Shown piece after piece: positions 57,671 through 64,000 of a stretch of 64,000 nt of DNA. This DNA is from Klebsormidium nitens. Its lineage: Eukaryota > Plantae > Klebsormidiophyceae. The notes below the pieces were generated by a model, which worked only from the letters and a program-made list of their open reading frames with translations, did not search any database and was not told the origin of the DNA. The stretch's first letter is position 1; the number at the start of each line of letters is the position of its first letter. The position numbers and the translations under genes are program-made. The stretch spans positions 1 through 64,000 of the forward strand of contig DF237118.1 in assembly GCA_000708835.1 (NCBI GenBank), in the 5' to 3' direction.

Positions 57671-60600
57671 TCAATCATCACCCAAATCTATTACAACTCT
57701 GGCCCGCTTATGTACATGCTTGCCCCCAGTCTGCGCGCCTTGATTATTGGCGACCACAGGCTCATTCGTCCTCCTCTCTTGGAGCGCTACGCCGCCCAAC
57801 GCTCTGAGCTCCGCCAGGGCCCCCATATCCCGCTCGTACTCCGCTATCTTTGTACCGGAACCTTGGAGCGCCTGTTCATCAGCAGCGCCCTGCGACCCGT
57901 TCTTGTGGCAGATCAGGGGCACGTTCACACCGCCGTTGAAAGATTGGCCGACGATGTGAACGGGCAGTCGACACCTGGGAGAAAAACGGGAATTCAACCA
58001 AATGAACCATTTACACCTTACGGACGAGACTTCTCAAGGCAGAGGATGACCACAATTTGATTACGAGGAAAGGCTAGATGGATCAAAGCATTTTGCCGAG
58101 ACTGGACGAAGGTGCAGGATCAGCACTCTGAGTCTACCGCCCAAGCACCGAACCAGAAGCCCCAAGTCTTTGGTACGTGAAAACCTGACATGCGGATTCG
58201 CTGGTATAGGATAGCAACCTGCTCGAAGCTTCCTGAGGAACATAATGAGGAGGGACAGGGTTAAGCCGCAACTTTCATGACTAGTACTCCTGAGGCTACA
58301 TCCTTGTGCACCAGTCCATTGCTGACCGGAGGCTACTGGTCAGAGGAACCACGAAATGTCCACTTCGCTCCTTCATTCAGAAGGGAAGCCGATATTTTTA
58401 TCCACAGTCGAAAACCTCATACAACGGAATGCGTTTACTATGCAAGGTCTCCGGAGGCCTCACTTTGAGATCGACGCCTGCACGTGCTTCTTGACGGGCT
58501 TCGCGACGCACAGCTGCAGCACGGTACGGACCGGGTCGAGGCAGAACTGCACCAGCTGCCGGCACTCGCCGCACTTGCACGCGCACGCCGCGGGGAGCGC
58601 CCAGCTGCGCGGCGCGGCCGGCCGCGTCCCCGTCTTCGCTTCGAGCGCCTTCACACAGCCCCCCGACAGGGCGACGAACGAGGGTGTCTCCAGCCGCGCG
58701 GGTGTGCCCAGCCACTGGGCCAGCTCCTTGAGCGCCGGGGCGAGCGTGGTTTCTACGTCGTGCAGCCGGGGCGTCGCGAAGAAGTGCGCGACGACGGACT
58801 CGGTGACCGGCGGCCCGACGGAAGAGTGTGGAACGCTTTTAAAGTTGAGGCGACGAAGGCTGCGCTGCGCGCTACCGGTTGGGCGGGCGCACGGCCGCCG
58901 TAGCGCCGGTGGTTTGGCTGGGGTGGCCTCACCGGGGGATCCCTCTCGGCGATAAGCGCTGGTGCCAGCGCGTCTGCGAGGCTCCGCGCGAGGGCAACCG
59001 CCTTGGGGGATCCCCCACCAGGGGCTTCTGACTGGTCCAAACCGTTGTCGCCAACTAGGTGCGACAGCAACCCGGGCACAGACCCGAGCGCCGAGCTGAC
59101 CTGGTTCTTGACGAGGGCGGCGGCCGCGGGTCGCCACGTGTCGGCCCCAAAGCGCTCGAGCACACGGACGAAGGCGGACGCGGTCGCGGTGTCTCTGAGG
59201 CTAAACAGCGGGGGATCGGAGTAGTAGAACCCTCGGGCAGGGACGGCGGCCGGCGGCGGGCAGATCTTGGCGACCAGAAGCGGAATGATGCGCGCGCACA
59301 ATCGCGCTCGCTCTAGTTCGTCGTCATCCGCCGGCCCCTGTTCTGCATTCGTCCCGCAACTCCCCTCCGCGTCATTACCAGCCATTGTCCCCTCAGGACC
59401 GGAACTTCCCGTCGTGCAAGTTTCCCCGGAACGTGCCCCGCCGCTCGTAACGCTGACGCCCTCCAAGGCCCGGTTCGTTTCGTTGGGTGCGATCCCACCA
59501 GGCGCTTGGATTGCTGGCGCGAGCTGCAAGAGCAGGTTGAAGCAGTCCGCGAGGCCGAAGGGCGTGCACGCGCGCTCGAAAACGCCGGTCGCCGCGGCCG
59601 CGAGCGCCGTCCAGCCGAAGCGGCCGCCGAGGGGGAACAGAACCTGGGCCGCTATGGAGACCGGGAGCTTGGTCAACAGGATCTGCGGAAAACAAGAACA
59701 TAGTTTGTCTTCCCTTTCCTTTTTGAGCCGCAAGGACTCTTGATAAACTCCCTCGTCATTGCGCTCGAGGTTTTGCGTATAAAGGTTTTCATATTGAGTG
59801 GCAATCTCGATAATCTTTTCCTGAGCCTTTGGCATACGTCAGCTGCAATTTGGGTTCCGTTTTAAGGGGATCGGGGACCGGAGACTCGAGACCGGAGACG
59901 AAGTTCGCTATGCTTTTTGCTACAATTTGAGGCGAAATGATTTTGGTGTACAAAGATGTACAAAGAAAAAGCGGTTGGGTTCTGGTACAAGAAGACCAAA
60001 GCGACACCACGTGCTTGAGGAGCCCTCTTTTCTTTCCAGATGCGACTGCAAAGAAGGGTCTGACGTTCAGTATAATGGCTGGGATTGCTCAGCTCGTCTG
60101 TAAGGGCAACTCCCGTTCCGACAATGTGGATAGAGCTACCTAAGACAAGATGACAAAACATCATCTCTGAAAGGGCTTGAATCGTATGGGGCCATGCAGC
60201 CTGGGCCTCCTCTTCTTCCTTTCTCATCGGCGAGAAGTTTAAGAACCAAATCAAAGGAGCTAATGACCTGCTAGCCAGAAACAAACAACCCGCTGCTGAC
60301 CTGCGCCATGCTCGCATCGCCAAACTTGACGAGCAGCGCCGCCAAGGCCTTTGTCTGTGAAAGATCGAGCTTCGCCCCAGCGCCGCACAGCGCGTTGAGG
60401 GCGAGGAGTAGGTCTGGGCGCTCCTCCGAGTCTGGGGACCCTTCGATGCGCTCCGCTAAAGAGCCGGTATCCTGCACCAGGAGGTCAGTTTTTTGTTTGT
60501 CGCTGACGGTAAACAGGACCTTGAAGTCCTGCTGTGGCCACAAGTGCGTGACAGCTTACAAAACGTTTTGGTCTTTCTATTTGTGTGAGTAGTACGTAGC

Positions 60601-63600
60601 TATGCACCAGCTAGCGGGTAAAATGATCACCGGACGAAGTACCTGTTGCACGTTTTCATGGCCAATATGAACAATTACTGAAGCTGCGCAACTCAAGTTG
60701 CCATTCGATTGCACGTTACTCCCGCAGGAGAGCCACACAAAACGCTTCTACTCCGAGCACCTACCTTCATTGCCGTACTCAGGCTGTTCGTGCAGGCGAT
60801 CTTCCAGTGGTTGGCGTGCGGCCACAAAAGGAGCGCTGCGTGGTGGTACCACCGCTCCATGCTGGCGCCCTCGTTGCCGGTCGCCTCCTCGATCTGCTCG
60901 TCGTCCCACTCGTGGCCCTCTAGAGCGCCTTCAGGTAGAACCTCTGAATTTACAAGGAAAACAAGGGTGAAGATCGGAGAAATGTAGACTGTAGAGTGAT
61001 TCAGGGTAATCTCTAGAGCACCTTCAGGCAGAACCTCTGTATGTAGGAGGGCAAATGGGTGAAGATCGGAGAAATGTAGACTGTAGAGTAATTCAGGTCA
61101 ACCTCTAGAGCGCCTTCAGGTAGAACCTCTGTATTTACAAGGAAAACAAGGGCGAAGATCGGAGAAATGTGGACTGTAGAGTGGATTCAGGGTAATCTCT
61201 AGAGCACCTTCAGGCAGAACCTCTGTATGTAGCAGGGCAAATGGGTGAATCGGAGAAATGTAGACTGTAGACGTAGTTCAGGTTAATCTCTAGGGCGACT
61301 TCAGGCAGAACCTCCGTATGTACCAAGGCGAGAGGGTAAGAATCGGAGAAACGTAAAATCTACAAAGATAACGTCTCAAAAACGAGCAACTCGATTAGGA
61401 CGGGTCGAGTGAGACTGAGGGGTAGGTGGGGTGAAGTGCGAAGCGTGTCATGTTGTGCTTGGAATATCTCCATCCTCCTCGTTGATATCACTAAATGTCT
61501 AAAAACAATGGATTCATGATTGAGAGGTCTTTAAGACTCTCCACATTCTGGCTTATTGGAGATGCTCTCAATATCGCTTCAATATTGAACGTCTATACTT
61601 TCCGACGACATTTACACTTTCAGAAGGGGCCACGGGAAACCGCAAAGCGGAGATGAAACGAAAATACTAGAGCCCCATTCAGTTCAAACAGAAGCTTCCT
61701 ACGAACTGGAAAGGAGCTTGGGCAAGTCAGGCAGTGCGGATGCATGAAGACAGACCACTAGCTCAAAGCAATATTGGCCCCCTGCTTAGGCACGACGTTG
61801 TATGCAATTGTGTGTTCACACAAAAGTGGATACGATGCTAAGCATTACTGATTATTGGTCCAGACGTTATCTTACATGCTGAGATTGAAAGGATAGTCAT
61901 GAGACTGAAAGCTATTCGAAATCTGCAGTGAAGAAGGATGGAGACAGAAGGCCAATCTATTAGTATGTTATGCTCACCGAATTCTTCATCAATAGGCAGC
62001 CTGTCGAATGCCACAGCACCTAGTTCTGGGGCGATGATATGTAAGAGCTCGAGAGAAAAATCTTGAACTTCCATGTCATCCATATCATCGCCGTAACCGC
62101 CTCCAACTTCCTCCTTCTTGAGCATACCAAGATAGACGTGGAAGCGCGGACCGCTTGCTGCCTGCAAAAGAGCAAGCGCATAGAACGTGAAGACGTGGCT
62201 TTCTGACTCAATGATTCTAGACAGAGGACCAAGGTCACTGCAGTGCAACTCGAGGTCGGCCGTCATGACATGTTCATGCCAAATGGATATGAGAGCAAGC
62301 ACAGGGCCACTTCATGCATCTGACGACCTGTCACCCGAAACCTCAAGAGTCTCAGACTGATGATAAGAGAATGAAGCAGAAGAGCAGAACAGAATGCAGA
62401 ACAGAACACCTGGATCACAATCGGCTTACACAAGAACTGAAGCAAGATTGGTACTCGTACTTACAATGGCTGCTTGAAGGACAATGTCAATTGTTCCAAT
62501 GTCGGAGCCCTTGAGGGTCTGGAATGAGAGGCTCTTGGTGCAGTACTGGTGCTCCAGTGGCATCACCAGCTTTTCTGGCCCATCCGCGTCTTTGCCCCAA
62601 GCTTGGATAGCATCCAAAACATTCTGAACGGCAGAGCGGTTGTCCGCTGGTGCGAGGATCTGGGCCGTGTTCTGTGCGATCAGGTTGTAGATGAGAGCCA
62701 GGCGATAACCCTCGGTCACAGGGCGGATCTCGTGCTCGCAGTCAGCAAAGAAGGCGGAATAGTGAACGTTGTGCAAAGTCTCTTCGGATGAGTCAAAGAC
62801 GACGTCTTTGCCGGCATGGCGAATGATGAGTTCGCCTGCATAGGGAATGCACCTGGATGTCAGAATGTGACCTGTGAATGCTGCCTTGAGTGACAGCTTA
62901 GAAAGAGGTAAGGACTTTGAGACTTCATACAGTTGGAGTCAGAGCCAAACAAGACACAACATAACTGATTTGGCGTACCTGCCGAGCAGGATCTTCAAGT
63001 CAGGACGAAAGGAAGTCTATCTATGTACAGGACGGCTGGGTCTTAGTTATTGCAAGTGTATCAATAGACTGAATCTTCCTAGGCTTGTTACAGGACATCA
63101 GATGGTTGCAATATGCTCTCAGGTCATCTGTTCCTGATCCTCACCTCCAGAATGTGCTGATGGCAGCACAACCACCAGTGTTGCAAACATCCCATCGTTC
63201 TTCTCGGTATCACGGTGGGGTGTAAAGAAGCAGCCTGGCTCATACAACAGTTGTTTATAGAGCTGTGGCACCACCTTGACATGCTTAGGGAGCCCTAAAC
63301 CTTGTTTGACCGCTCCATTGGCAAGCTGCCGGATTTGCGCATCCCACTGAGGCCCGGCAAGCTTGAACTCGTCTGGAGACATTTGAAGGCATTTGCGGAT
63401 GCTGGAGTCATAAACTGTGACCTCCCTGCAAGAAAATCACATATGCAGTCTTGCCCTGAACCCTTCTTTAATAGCAAAGCCTGCAGAGATTTGCCATTTG
63501 GAGAATTGCAGCTAATACTAAGCACCTCAGGAAGAGCTTAGCATCTAGGAGCGGGCTTCATTTGTGGCTCGCTCCCTTCTGACCCTCTGGTCCGTGCGAG

Positions 63601-63880
63601 CCCAAGCCAAGTGCACTTGATACGTTTGTGCTGCTTTCAAGTTGTAGAGACTTGCTCACCCTCGTCCAAAAGGGGCCTGGGAACACAATCTGGCCATCAT
63701 CTCTGCCTGCTGAGGAGCAAGGGGCAGGCTGATTGGCCCAAGCTCTGGAAGCTCCAACCCTGGAGTATGGAGCATCTTGAATGACCCTGTCATTGCAAAG
63801 CTCCCAGGCCTTTCCTCACTCTGAAGCGCGGAGTACAGGTCAGCCCTGTAATCCTCCTTCACAACCTCAGGCGCAGCCAT
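57671..63880 (-). CDS. Large 2OG-Fe(II) oxygenase-family protein with C-terminal CxC-x2-C region; apparent frameshift near 58815
   Basis: QAPFGRG|EVTVYDSSIRK; YEPGCFFTPHRDTEKNDGMFATLVVVLPSAHSGG (HxD); FFADCEHEIRPVTEGYRLALIYNL (distal His and 2OG-binding Arg); EEATGNEGASMERWYHHAALLLWP; C-terminal WALPAACACKCGECRQLVQFCLDP. At least 8 exons. The start may lie slightly upstream of 63880 or outside the window. Confidence 0.85.
60918..61360 (-). repeat. Five ~93-nt tandem units, each containing the acceptor and first ~26 nt of an oxygenase exon
   Basis: Units start at 60918, 61011, 61103, 61197 and 61288 (ctctag(a/g)gc.ccttcagg(t/c)agaacctc). On the minus strand each reads cag|AGGTTCT(A/G)CCTGAAG; units 1/3 and 2/4 share diagnostic variants. 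Confidence 0.95.
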
Positions 63881-64000
63881 GCTGGGATGCCGCCGCATTG
63901 CTCTTATTTGCAGCTGGGACCTCTTCATTGCAAGATGCTGATCAGGACGTTCCTGTCAATAGTTTGTAACCGCGCACCCACCCTCAACCACCATGTGGCG

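Noticed and set aside
58356-59743. Several overlapping plus-strand ORFs
   Set aside because: Antisense shadows of GC-rich oxygenase exons.
60918-61360. Regular repeat array superficially like a CRISPR
   Set aside because: Whole units are repeated with no unique spacers, there are no cas genes, and it lies in a eukaryotic intron.

Overview
Eukaryotic nuclear DNA from an intron-rich green-lineage organism. The plant-type plastid FNR, PTI1 kinase and LDH, plus introns of several hundred bp, are most consistent with a streptophyte alga such as Klebsormidium; this is inference, not a database match. I can support about 10 protein-coding genes, most rebuilt by hand across GT-AG introns: an intronless 2-TM protein with DEG/ENaC/PAC-like motifs, a tentative 4-exon orphan, an F-box/LRR protein, cytosolic glutaminyl-tRNA synthetase (21 exons), glucosidase II beta subunit (KDEL end), PTI1-like kinase, plastid ferredoxin-NADP+ reductase, a coiled-coil protein with two GRF zinc fingers, L-lactate dehydrogenase, and a long 2OG-Fe(II) oxygenase carrying an apparent frameshift. 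There is also a tRNA-Gly(UCC), a hAT-type MITE with 17-bp TIRs and an 8-bp TSD, and a second inverted-repeat element across a 537-N gap. The most striking unexplained pattern is 8 arrays of decayed tandem duplications that straddle splice junctions ('splice-site echoes', 17 extra copies, 79-177 nt spacing) in 4 genes. Exon coordinates marked ~ are approximate.
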